This document shows, piece after piece, positions 26,300 through 38,380 of a DNA stretch of 64,000 nucleotides. The position numbers and the translations under genes were made by a program. Under the pieces are notes generated by a model. The model had not been told where the DNA came from. It ran no database searches and saw nothing but the letters and a program-made list of their open reading frames with translations. The stretch is taken from assembly GCF_018977255.1 (NCBI RefSeq), contig NW_024704742.1, positions 122,390,001 to 122,454,000 on the forward strand, in the 5' to 3' direction. This DNA comes from Callorhinchus milii. Lineage: Eukaryota. The number at the start of each line of letters is the position of its first letter. The stretch's first letter is position 1.

Positions 26300-26753
26300 T
26301 ATTAGCGCTCTGTTACTGTAGCTCTGTTACTGTAGCTGTGTTACTGTAGCTGTGTTACTGTAGCTGTGTTACTGTAGCTCTGCTACTGTAGCTCTATTAC
26401 TATATCTTTACAACAGTAGCTCTTTTACTGTAGCTCTATTACTGTAATTCTATAACAGTAACTCTATCACTGTAGCTCTATTACTGTAGCTCTACTACTT
26501 TAGCTCTATTACTGCAGCTCTATTACTGCAGCTCTATTACTGCAGCTCTATTACTCTAGGTCTATAATTGTATCTATCACTGCAGCTCTATCATAGTAGC
26601 TCTGTTACTGTAGCTTTATTACAGTGGCTCTATTACTGTAGCTTTATTACTGTAGCTCTATATCAGTAGCTCTATTACTAGAGCGCTATTACGGTTGCTC
26701 TATTACTGTAGCTCTATAACAGCATTTCTACTACAGCAGTTCTATTACTGTAG
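26300..26753. repeat. 14-bp minisatellite (TACTGTAGCTCTAT)n, continuing at 28105-28157 after the L2 insertion
   Basis: Roughly 30 degenerate tandem units visible. Confidence 0.92.
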
Positions 26754-28107
26754 CATAGCACAGAAACCGCCTTGGTCAAGGTCACTAATGACGTCTTGAC
26801 CATCTACGACCAGGGCTCCCTCTGCCTCCTCGTCCTCCTTGACCTATCGGCCGCATTCGATATGGTTGACCATGCTATCCTCCTCCACCGCTTGTCCTCC
26901 CACCTCAACCTTCAAGGCCCTGTCCTTGAGTGGTTTAGGTCCTACCTCTCCCACCGTCTTCATTTTGTTTCCACAAACGGCTTTTCCTCCACCCCCCGCA
27001 CTGTCTCGTGCGGTGTCCCTCAGGGCTCTGTCCTTGGTCCCCTCCTCTTCACCCTCTATATGCTCCCCCTTGGTGACATCATCCGCAGACATGGGGTTAA
27101 CTTCCACTTGTATGCGGATGACACCCAACTCTACCTTTCCTCCTCTACCCTCAACTCCACGACCACTGATGTCCTGACAGCTGCCTGTCCGACATCGAGT
27201 CCTGGACGAGAAACAACATTTTTCAGCTCAATGTGCGCAAAACTGAGGCCCTCCTGATTGGCTCACGTCAGCGCCTTCGCACCTCAGGCGCTGACAGCAT
27301 CAGCATCCAAGGCTGCACTCTCCATCTCTCAAAGCCGGTCAGGAACCTCGGTGTTCTGTTCGACCCTGAGCTGTCCTTTCTTCCTCATATCCGCACCACA
27401 ACTGGCACCGCCTTCCATCACCTCCGGAACATCGCCAGACTACGGCACTACCTCACCCCTCACGCTGCTGAAACACTGCTCCACACCTTTATCACCTCAA
27501 GGCTGGACTATGGGAACTCTCTCCTCGCCGGCCTTCCCGCCACCTCCCTCCACAAGCTGCAGGTCATTCAGAACTCTGCAGCTCGTGTACTGTCCCGCAC
27601 CAGGCTTCGCGACCACATCACTCCCACCCTCGCTCGCCTCCACTGGCTCCCCATCCCCCAGAGGATCGAATTCAAGATCCTCATCCTCACCTACAAGGCC
27701 ATTCACAGCCTTGCACGCTCCTACTTCTCCGACCTACTATCCCCCTACCTACCTGCCCACACCCTCCATTCCTCTGGCTCCGGTCTGCTCCACATCCCCC
27801 GCCCTAACCGCCCTTCTATCAGTGGCCGGGCTTTCAGCCTCTCAGCCCCCAGGCTCTGGAACTCTATCCCCCAGTGCCTTCGCCGCCTCCTCCCTTTCCT
27901 CCTTCAAGGCCGGTCTCAAGACCTTTCTCTTCAACCGTGCCTTCAGCTCCCCTCTCGACTCTCTACCGCCTCCTCGCTCCCTCCCTTCCCTCCCCTCACC
28001 CTGACCATTTCCCCCCTGCTTGGGTCCCGACCCAACTGTCCAGCGCCTTGGGACGTCCTCCCGATGTGAAAGGCGCTCTATACATGAAATCTTGTTGTTG
28101 TTGTTGT
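26754..28107 (+). mobile_element. Young 5'-truncated L2 LINE (RT domain to 3' tail), frameshifted
   Basis: [29 protein letters not shown] and YADD (27111-27122); frameshifts near 27180 and 27885; (TTG)n tail. Confidence 0.95.
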
Positions 28108-28368
28108 AGCTCTATATCAGTAGCTCTATTACAGTAGCTCTATTCCTGTAGCTCTATTCCTGTAGCTCTATTCCTGTGTCTTTTTTAACTGGCCAATTTT
28201 GTTGCCAATGAACAGTCTAAAATAATAGACAATTTACATGCTCACATCATGGATGTAGTGTCAGCCTAGCTATTGCTTAGCACTGAGACTCTGTGTAAAA
28301 AGGTTGTACGTTTAAGCCCCATATCAAGACTCAAGGACATATTCTAGGCTGACATTCCAATTCAAAAG

Positions 28369-28748
28369 ATAATAATAATAATAATGATCCTTGCATTTGA
28401 TACAGCACCTTATGACATCTCCGAGACGTCTCAAAGCGCTTCACAGAATATACTGTAAAGACTATATTTTTTGTGGGAGAAATGCAGCAGCCAATTGCGT
28501 ACAACAGTGTCCCACAAACAGTCATGGATTGAAGTGACCAATTTATTATTATTATTATTTTTTGAACGAATTATTCTGCCCAGAAAAGCGATCTTCCAAT
28601 CGACTAACAACCGGGTTCCTGCTTACTGCTAGGTAAAAAGAGGAGTGTGGAGTAAGGAAACTTGCCCAACGTTTCGCCCTGCCGGGAATTGAACCCAAAT
28701 CTCTCGCTTGCGAGGCGAGGCTCTAACTACTGAGCTACAGGACTCCAC
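28369..28748 (-). mobile_element. tRNA/Deu/L2-tail SINE, long variant
   Basis: Carries the extra ACCTAGCAGTAAG.AGGAACCCGGTTGTTAGTCGATTGG segment absent from short copies. Confidence 0.88.
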
Positions 28749-28848
28749 AAATGAGGGGAGCATTGCATTGTTGAAATAGCATCCTATGGATGAAACAGTA
28801 AGTGGAGGACTTGTTTGCCCGTTCAGATGGACATTAAAGATCCCATTC

Positions 28849-29729
28849 AATAACAACAACAACAAGATTGCATTTATAGAGCGCCTTTCACGTCGGGAGG
28901 ATGTCCCAAGTTGGTGGACAGTTGGGTCAGGACCCGAGCAGGGGGGAAATGGTCAGGGTGAGGGGAGGGGAGGGAAGGGAGGGAGCGAGGAGGGGGTAGA
29001 GAGTCGAGAGGGGAGCTGAAGGCACGGTCAAAGAGAAAGGTCTTGAGACCGGCCTTGAAGGAGGAAAGGGAGGAAGCGGCGAAGGTACTGGGGGATAGAG
29101 TTCCAGAGCCTGGGGGCTGAGAGGCTGAAGGCCCGGCCACCGATGGTAGGGCAGTTGGGGCGGGGGATGTGGAGCAGACCGGAGCCAGAGGAACGGAGGG
29201 TACGGGCAGGTAGGTAGGGGGATAGTAGATCAGAGAGGTAGGAGGGAGCAAGGCCGTGAATGGCCTTGTAGGTGAGGATGAGGATCTTGAATTCGATCCT
29301 CTGGGGGATGGGGAGCCAGTGGAGGCGAGCGAGGGTGGGAGTGATGTGGTCCCGAAGCCTGGTGCGGGACAGTACACGAGCTGCAGAGTTCTGAATGACC
29401 TGCAGCTTGTGGAGGGAGGTGGCGGGAAGGCCGGCGAGGAGAGAGTCCCTGTAGTCCAGCCTTGAGGTGATAAAGGCGTTGACCAGTGTTTCAGCAGCGT
29501 GAGGGGTGAGGTAGTGCCGTAGTCTGGCGATGTTCCAGAGGTGATGGAAGGCAGTGCCAGTTGTGGCGCGGATGTGGGGGAGAAAGGACAGCTCAGGGTC
29601 GAACAGAACCCAGAGGTTCCTGACCGGCTTTGAGAGGTGGAGAGTGCAGCCTTGGATGCTGATGGTGTCAGCGCCTGAGGTGTGGAGGCGCTGACGCGAA
29701 CCAATCAGGAGGGCCTCAGTTTTGCGGAC
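28849..29729 (-). mobile_element. Young 5'-truncated L2 LINE, inverted relative to 27233-28107
   Basis: ORF 29028-29774 is near-identical to ORF 27233-28069; same 3' tail. Confidence 0.95.
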
Positions 29730-31180
29730 TTTCAAAAAAGAGAAGGGAGTTTCTCTCAGTATCCTAGCAACCAATCTCCCAGATAAAATTGGGTCACTGA
29801 TGGTTGTTTGTGTGACACCGTTGTGTGTTTGCTGCTGTATTTGCCTACAAATACAAAATCACTAGCCTTAGTAAAATTCTGTGAAGTCCTTTGAGACAAT
29901 TCAATGTCCTGATAAGACACTAGGTTCAATGCAAAGAATTTTTTTGATTAATATATATAGATCTTTTTTGTGTGTGTGGTGTTGTGTGGGGAGATGGTAC
30001 CTAGAGCAAAATAATAGAACAAGTAGACTCGTCCTCAATCTCTGAATAGTAATAATAATTGCAATAATGATCTAGGCATTTGATATAGAGCCATATCACA
30101 TTGCTGAGATGTCTCAAAGCACTTCATAGATTTTTACTTTGAAGTGCAGTGGCTATTCATTTGTAGGCGAACCCAGCAACCAATTTGCGTAAAACAATGT
30201 CCCACAAACAGCCGTATCGTAAGTGACCAATTTTACAATATAGTACTGATGAACAAAATTATAATGTCACACCAGGGTTAACACTTTGACACAGTCACTC
30301 TCTCTGGTTGCTGAATTGCATTTGCCAAACATGTGTTCCAAGTATTGAGTCATGGTGTATAAGCATTGCTCTTGCCCAACTTCTAAATTAGTTAAAGGAT
30401 ATTTCAGCCGATCAGTGTGTAAGAAACAGTGTCTGTCCACATTAGTGATGCTCTAAATGAGTTGCTTTGTTAAGAGACCTTTTGGTATCTTATCAAAATC
30501 TATCTGCAGAGGTACAGTACTGAGGTTTTCCTGTCTTAGTGAGTTAAATATTAGTGATAGAAATGATAAAACTCAAATAACCCCAAATTTACTGTCATAA
30601 TCAGATTTCTGGCTTTTTCCCATCAGGTCAATCACACACCCCAATCACTGTTATTTACAGCTGTAATCAACTGATATTTAAAAATGGATATGAGGATGCT
30701 CAATGATTCATGGGTGAGGCAAGGTGCATAACTCACAGTAGATGCAGCATTAATTGATTTCAAAACCCCGTAGCTGGTAATTTCTGTGCTTTCGAGATTT
30801 CAAAAAAGAATTTGTCCCAGCTCAAGATGAACAATTATTTAGCAAGAGAGGCTATGATAATCATAAGCTGATAATCATGAAGGGCGGGGGTGTTCACAGA
30901 ATTTACTGTAAACGGTCGTGTCTTAAACTTTGTTGGTGAATACGGCAGGAAATTTTGCCCACAGCAATGACTCACAAACAGCCAAGAAACATGCCTTCCA
31001 AAGCCTTGCTGGCTGATGCTCATTGCTGTGTGGATTCTGGCCGTTATTTGATCAAATATACATGTTAGGCCGATAGGCTATAGTTACCTGGATTAGATTA
31101 ATCACCCATTTTACACAAGTAAGCAAACTCGTCTCCAGTCCTGAGGATCAGATTGCAAATGTTAAATAAATGTTATATAA

Positions 31181-31550
31181 GAATAATGATAATAACAATT
31201 GCATTTGTTAAACACCTTATCACATCGTCAAGACATCTCAAAACACTTCACAGAATATACTGTAAAGTGAATTGACTGTATATTTTGTGGGCAAAATGTG
31301 GCAGCCAATTGCACACAGTGGAGTCCCACAAACAGTCGTGGATTGAGTGACAATTTTTTTTTTGGAAGGAATTATTATCCCCTGGAAAATGATCCACCAA
31401 TCGAATAATTACCAGGTTCCTACTTAGTGCTAGGTAAACAGAGGCATGTGGAGTAAGGAAACTTGCCCAACATTTCACCCTGCCGATAAACGAACGAGGG
31501 TCTCTCGCTTGAGAGGTGAGTGCTCTAACCACTGAGCTGCAGGACTCTAC
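31181..31550 (-). mobile_element. tRNA/Deu/L2-tail SINE, long variant
   Basis: Same structure as 28369-28748. Confidence 0.85.
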
Positions 31551-32052
31551 AATAGGCAAATGTGGCAGCTAAACTGCACATAGCAATGTCCCAGGAAAAG
31601 CTATGAAGTGAATGGCCAATTGAATTTGGTGGGTTGTTGGCTGGGATACCAGGAGAACTGCCTTCTCCTTTAAAATAGTGAAATGGGATCTTTAATGACC
31701 ACTTCAACAGGCAGACAGGACTTTGATTTGTCTCATCCGAAGGGCAGTACCTGTTACAATGCAGTGCTCCCCCAGGATTGTACGGTGTCATCCCAGAACA
31801 TGATCTTCACATCAGTTAGAATAAACAAAACTTGGCCAATATGAATCTGTACTGAACATTATTGTTTGTGTGCTCCTTCACGCACAACAATTGGTTAATT
31901 TTTGACACAACACAAAAAAATCTTTGTGTAGAAGTCAGCTCGAGTCCTCGTCATGATCAAGAAATCAAAAGAGACAAATAATCCTCATCTTTTCAGAGCT
32001 GAAAATGTGTGGAGACTGAGATTGCAACACACATAGTAAATGGGTTATAAAA

Positions 32053-32071
32053 TGGCGCCCTCTGCTGGCCA
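32053..32071 (-). promoter_or_regulatory. CTCF core motif (strong match)
   Basis: Minus strand TGGCCAGCAGAGGGCGCCA fits the CCAS(C/T)AG(A/G)(G/T)GGC(A/G)C core with no mismatch; lies in non-repeat DNA. Confidence 0.65.
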
Positions 32072-33399
32072 TCTTCCATTATTTCATCAGTGACACCCTG
32101 AAGGTCCCATGTGAAGGGCCATGGACCTGATCCACAATACTAATGACAATCCTTGCATTTGATGCAACACCTTATACCATTGTCCAAACTACTCACAGCA
32201 CTTCACAGGATTTCACTGTGCGTTTGTAGGCGAATGCAGCACAAATTTGACCACCGCAATGTCCCACAAACAGCCCACAAACAGTGAATGACCAATTTTA
32301 TTTGGGGGAATTGTTGACCAGGCACAAGTGACGGACTAGCTACCTTGTAAGGGCTCGGGATTTCCATGGACAATGGGAGCCACCAATTCATAGAAACAAC
32401 ACACAAAGGCACGGCCCCACCCTCCCAAATCAATATCAATCAAGCCCTGGCACTCCAACAACCACCTCCTCCCCCTGGGCTCGGCATGAGAGCGGCTGGC
32501 CAGACTTCTAACGCACAACTACCAGAATTTTGACCTCGCAACAGCTTTAGTAAGTTGAGAGGAAAAGATGAGGCACGATCAGGGGGTAAAAAACTAGTTG
32601 CTGCAAAATGTACCACATTTTGAAACCAAGCCACACGTCATAAAGGCGGTACAAAATGCCTTTGTTTCTGTCCAATAATCCACCCAACAAGACAATACAA
32701 GTCATGCAATTTTTTAAATAAAAAATGAACAGGTAAAAATCTAGGTTTCAGATGAACACAAGAAAACTCACCCTATCTGCATGATTGGCAAGAGCTGTGA
32801 GTCTTTTAAATAGACAAATTCAGTCTCCACCAACCAACAGAGCACAATTGATACAAGGTGAGCTGGTTTGCGTCTGTGACAACGATCCATTAGGGTTGCA
32901 CAACTAGACTTGGTGTCAGTCAGAAAATTAATAACCCCTCCACATCCTCTTTAACAATGAAGGCAATTTATTCTTTATGCTTGAGGTGCAAGGAAAATCG
33001 AAGCTTGTTCTTCACCTTGTCAGATTAATTGTGGTTAGTGATTTTTCCTCATTCACAAATCCAGACAGAGATAGAAGGGTCAAAATTACAATATTGTTAA
33101 CACATTGTTTTACTTATTCAAGAAATGTCATTGAAATGTAACGCTCGTCCCCCCCCCAACTGCTGAATAAAAGTAACTCTCAACGTCCACTCCTGGTCTT
33201 CAATCTTCTCCTTTTGGAATATGGTTCCACAGGCACAGGTTTCCCACCAGTGTTCCATCCAAGTTGCCTTTGTTTATGTACGAAGCTTATCGGTGAGTGT
33301 GGCCAGGCAACTGGACAGTAGAGGGTGATACAGTGGAGCGTCACCTGACTACCACACATAAACACTAATAATAATAATCTTTGCATTTGATCTAGGCCC

Positions 33400-33730
33400 A
33401 GTCGCTCCCTCCGCTCAGCGGGCTATGGCCTGCTTCATGTCCCCCAATTCGCTCACCCCACTATTGGTGGGCGAGACTTCTGGCACTCTGCCCGCACCCT
33501 CTCGAACTCGATCCCGCAATCTCTCCGCCTTGCCCCCTCTCTTGCCACCTTCAAGACCCATTTCAAGACCCACCTCTTTGACCGTGCTTTCGATCTCACT
33601 GCTTCCTCCCCAGCCCTCCACCTTCCCCCACCCCGACCCCCACCTCAGGTCCAAAACTCTCTCTGTCCAGCGCTTTGGACGTCCTCCCGACATGGAAGGC
33701 GCTATACAAATATAATTTTGTTGTTGTTGT
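33400..33730 (+). mobile_element. L2 3' fragment
   Basis: SFKTHFKTHLF-type end with GGACGTCCTCCCGAC tail and (TTG)n. Confidence 0.8.
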
Positions 33731-34978
33731 TTATCACGTTGTTGAGATGTCACAAAGCGCTTCACGGGATATATTGTAAAGTAAATTGACCGTCTATTTT
33801 ACGGGGGAAATATGGAAGCAAGCCATTAGCACACAACAGTGTCCCACATACAGTCGTGGATTGAGTGACCACATTTTTTTTNGAGGGATTATTACACCCA
33901 AAAAGCGATCCACCAATCGACTCTCAATGGGGTTCCAACTTACTACTGTAGGGAAACTTGCCTAAAGTTTCACCTCGCCCAGGAATCAAACCAAGGTCCT
34001 CTTGTTTGTGAGGCGAGTGTGCTATCCATCATGCTACGGTATTCCGACACACTACAAGTGCTGAATGGGCACAATGATCAATAAATCCATCCAATTTTAA
34101 CCTCACTCACCCAGGAAAGGCTGGTGTCAGTTTAGCTTCCCCAATGCAGCTTCTGCTGAGAAAAACAAACAGCACGGACCAGGTTCAAACCAGACTCTTT
34201 AATTGTGAACATTGTGCCTTTGCTATTTCAAAGAAATATGGGATCTTTCTCCCAGTTATCCTACCTTAGATTTCTCTCTTCGTCCAAATTTACCCCAAAT
34301 TTGAATTCTTTTGCAAATCATCTCATTGCTCATTACAGGATATTTCCAGTACAGATTAGCTGCTGTTTTCTGCCTTTTTCAGCACCATTTGCTTTCATTT
34401 CTAATGTAATGTAATACATACTGTATTTTGTAAAGTGCTTTCTCTGTGTAGCTTTTCAGTGGCTGACTGTAAAAGATTCTAGTCACAAAACTGAGGCTTT
34501 CTCTCCATTTTGGGGCTTTCTCTTGCAGCTTTTACAGAAGCTACCTCACTTGAAAGGGTGTTATATAATTGCAAATTGATGTTCTTGTATTTAGAAAGTT
34601 AAAAATAACCTGTTTTTTAAAAAAATTGTAAATCAAACAAGTACAATATTTTAGAATTTTTTTTTTTAACCCACATATTCTACTCCACGCCCTCTCTAGT
34701 AGAAGGAATAATAGTAATAATATACAGCTCCTTTCATGTCGGCAGGACGTCTCAAAGCTCATTACATTTTTTACTGTAAAGTATAGTGGGTAACCCTAAC
34801 CCTAAGTATTTTGTAGGTGAACACATCAGTCAATTTGCATCCAGAATTTAAACACATGTGTAATACGCACTTAAAGTGGAAACACACAGCTCATTAGCAG
34901 ATTTATGATCCTGGGTTTGCAAATTCAACAGAAGTCTCTCCAGCGTTGTGGAGATGGTATCAATTGTTTGGCAGCTTA

Positions 34979-34997
34979 TGGTCACCAGAGGGGGCTA
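34979..34997 (+). promoter_or_regulatory. Weaker CTCF-like motif
   Basis: TGGTCACCAGAGGGGGCTA has two core mismatches to the consensus. Confidence 0.35.
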
Positions 34998-37900
34998 TCC
35001 TATGAAGAATACCCTAAACACCTTCCAGAGACAAATGTTACAAAACTGACTGTCCATTGGCAGAGGGTATCATCACTAATAAAGTTCTCATCAATGATCT
35101 CTGATCTAGTAGATATTGCAGTTGGTTGTGTTCTGTGTTGGGAGTAGGGTTGCTTCTCTGGTTGGTATTCCGGGGGGAATGGTTGCTATTCTAAAATAAG
35201 ACAGCACTGACTTTAGTGTAGCGTCAGAAAGCGTCGTAAAGCCCTTATGATGTCCCTAAGCCCCAAGAATTCCTATGGTTTTATCCTGGGTTGCTCACAG
35301 CAGTGTCCGGAAGATTAATCTTTAAATCCTGGACACTCTAGGACAATCCGGGAGGGTTAGCAATCCTAATTGGGAGATTAATAAATGGAAGAATGAGTAA
35401 CAGTCAAGATAAGGCCTCTGCAGGGGTAAAGGTGTTAGCCTGACTCTGTTGGTAGCACTCTTACTCTTTCCTCTGAGTAATAAGGTTGTGAGTTCAAAGC
35501 AATGTTGGAATTTTGAACTCACAGTCTCTACTAGATGCATTATTGGATGAGATATTAAACCAAAGTCCTGTTTGTCTGTTCAGGTGGACTTTAAAGATCC
35601 CATGGCACTATTTGAGAAGGAGTTTCTCCGGGGTCCTGGTCAACAGGTGCCTTTGTATGTTGTTTCTATGAATTGGTGGCTCCCATTGTCCATGGAAATC
35701 CCGAGCCCTTACAAGGTAGCTAGTCCATCACTAGTGCCTGGCCAACAATTCCCCAGATAAAATTGGTCATTCACTTCATGGCTGTTTGTTGGACAACAAC
35801 AACAACAAATTGCATTTATATAGTGCCTTTCACAGCAGGAGGATGTCCCAAGGCCCTGGACTGTCGAGGGTTTGCACCCAAGCTGAGGGTTGGATTTGGA
35901 AAGGATGAGGGGGGAGCAAAGATGATGGAAGGCGTGGTCAAAAAGGTAGGCCTTGAGACAGACATTGAAGCAGGCAAGGGAAGGAATGCGGCAAAGGGAC
36001 AGTGAGTGGGGGCAGAAAGACTGAAAGCCCAACAGTTGAAAGTGAGACGGCAGGATGGGGATATTGCTGTGTGCAAAATTGGCGACTGTGTTTCTGGGAA
36101 ACAGCTATGGAAAATAGCTGACTTTTTTGGTATTTACATTTTGGGGATTCACAACTTATTGATTGTTGACTTTGCAATATCCGAGTTGCAATTTAATCTA
36201 GTTGTGAATATCACAAATTAAACTAATTGCCTTAAGTATTTTTCAGTAATAAAATCTGATCTGACTACAACTTAAAACAGTGATGGTATAAATGTTCACT
36301 CCTCACTTCCTTCACTGTACCATCAGCAGTTATTAAGCCTTTGTCCTATGGAATTCTCTCCCAAAACCACTTTGCCTTGCTACATGTTGCAAAAAAAACC
36401 TTTAAAGCATATGAGTTTGGTCAACTATTTGGTCGATGCCATTTCATATTGTTTCTATGCTCGCTGAGCACCTGTACATTGATCAAATGCTTTAAGATAT
36501 TCTTTTGTGTAAAATATACTGTATGAATGCCAGTTGCTATTGAGTTAACAACAACAATAAATTGCATTTGCATAGTGCCTTTCACGTCGGAACAACATCA
36601 CAATCCATTGGGCAGTTGGGGATTTGGGCAGTGGAATTACTTCAACTAATTGGACTCACTCCACCATATTGTTATTTTTTGTATAATAATCCATGTATTT
36701 AATCCATGATGGGCCTTATTACTTCACTGAAATGTCTCAAAGTGCTTCACAAGATTTACTGTGAGTGTGAAGTGATTGTGCAGGCAAACATGGAAACCAA
36801 TTTGTGCACAGCAATGTCTCACAAGCAGCCATGTGAGTGACCAATTTTATTGTGCACCTGAACATACAGATAGGATCTCAGTTTAATGTCTCCTCTGACA
36901 ATAGCCCCTCCGACAATCCACTACACTCCCAGCACTGCATTGGTGGGTCAATCTAGCCTTAGATTGGTAATTCATAGTCGTGACACGGAATCATAGAATC
37001 ATATAATTATATAGCACAGAAGGAGGCCATTCAGCTCATCTTGTCTGTGCCGGCTCTTTGAAAAGATCGATCCAAATCAATCCCACTCCCCCACTCTCTC
37101 CCCACAGACCTGCAAACTTGTCCTCCCAGAATAATTATCTAATTTGGGAACGTGGGTCTTGAATAATAATAATAATCCTTACTTTTGATATAGCGCCTTA
37201 TCACGTCTTAGAGATGTCACAAAGCACTTCACAGGATATACTGTAAAGTGAATAGGCTACATATTTTGTGGGCGAAATCCATGACCTTCAGACTCAGAAG
37301 TGAGAGTCCTACCAACTGAGCAAAGCTGACACCATAGTGAAATGTAGTGTAGTAACATTAATTGTTTACCATTAATCCTACAATGGAATATGTGAATTGG
37401 TGCTAACACCATTCAAGGTACGGTTTAATGACTCAGCAGAAATAACTCAACTGACAGAAATCTGAAAGATACAATTACTGAAAGTCCAAATACCTGCCCC
37501 CCCACCGTGATTTAAGCAGAAGAAATTCCTATTGTGGTCCAGTCCATGTTTTCTGTCGGAACAACCTGGCTTGCAATTACTGATCCTTGTTTAGATAATA
37601 GGAGCTCATTAGCCGAAATGTTTGACAGGATGTTAGAGAGCTGATGATCTGATATTTATTCAGCAACGTCCTGATTTTCTAAATCCCATTTGGGGGAACT
37701 TTGCCAAACAGATTCGAACGTCTTGCCAACTGCAACCTGGCAGCTATAGATATCACAGAAGCACTTTAATGAGGTCTATTGCTACGCAGTTGAGCACACA
37801 ACAGCCTGACAGTCTTCCTAACAGACAAAATAATTGGTGGATGTCAGACTTCGTGAAATCTATTTCACTCCCTTCGTTTGTGCTCTGGCATCCTACTGCC

Positions 37901-38118
37901 AGGCATCTGTAGTGCTTTATAGCCAGAACTCAGGATAGCCCCCGAAGGTGACTGCACCACCAATTCCCCTCAATCTTTGCCAAGATATGCTCTACCCTGC
38001 AAGTCAAAACCCTAACAAGCAGAAGGAAGCAGTACTTTCAATGGAAGTATGTGGTTTTATCTGATTAAACTCCAGCAGTACCTTATTATACACTCTGGTG
38101 TCTCAAGCCTTGGCTTTT

Positions 38119-38380
38119 GCAGGGCGAAACCTTGGGCAAGTTTCCTTACTCCACACGCCTAATAATAATACCTCCAAAACAAAAACAATAATAAATTGGT
38201 CATTTTCAATCCACAACTGTTTGTGGGACACTGCTGTGCGCAATTTGCTGCCGCGTTTCGCCCACAAATATACGGTCAATTCACTTTACAGCATATTCTG
38301 TGAAGCGCTTTGAGACGTTGAGAAGATGTGAAAAGCGCTATGTCAAATGCAAGGATTATTATTATTATTATTATTATTAT
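38119..38380 (+). mobile_element. 5'-truncated SINE (short variant) nested in the unclassified retroposon
   Basis: Starts at GCAGGGCGAAACCTTGGGCAAG and ends in (TTA)n. Confidence 0.85.

Noticed and set aside
26300..26753. CRISPR-like array
   Set aside because: Head-to-tail 14-bp units with no unique spacers in vertebrate DNA; a minisatellite.
27258..29704. Long Pro/Ser-rich ORFs (27258-28004, 28874-29704) as novel genes
   Set aside because: Alternative frames of C-rich L2 ORF2 sequence.
33882..33882. Single N bases (33882 and 51783)
   Set aside because: Assembly ambiguities next to homopolymer runs, not biological.
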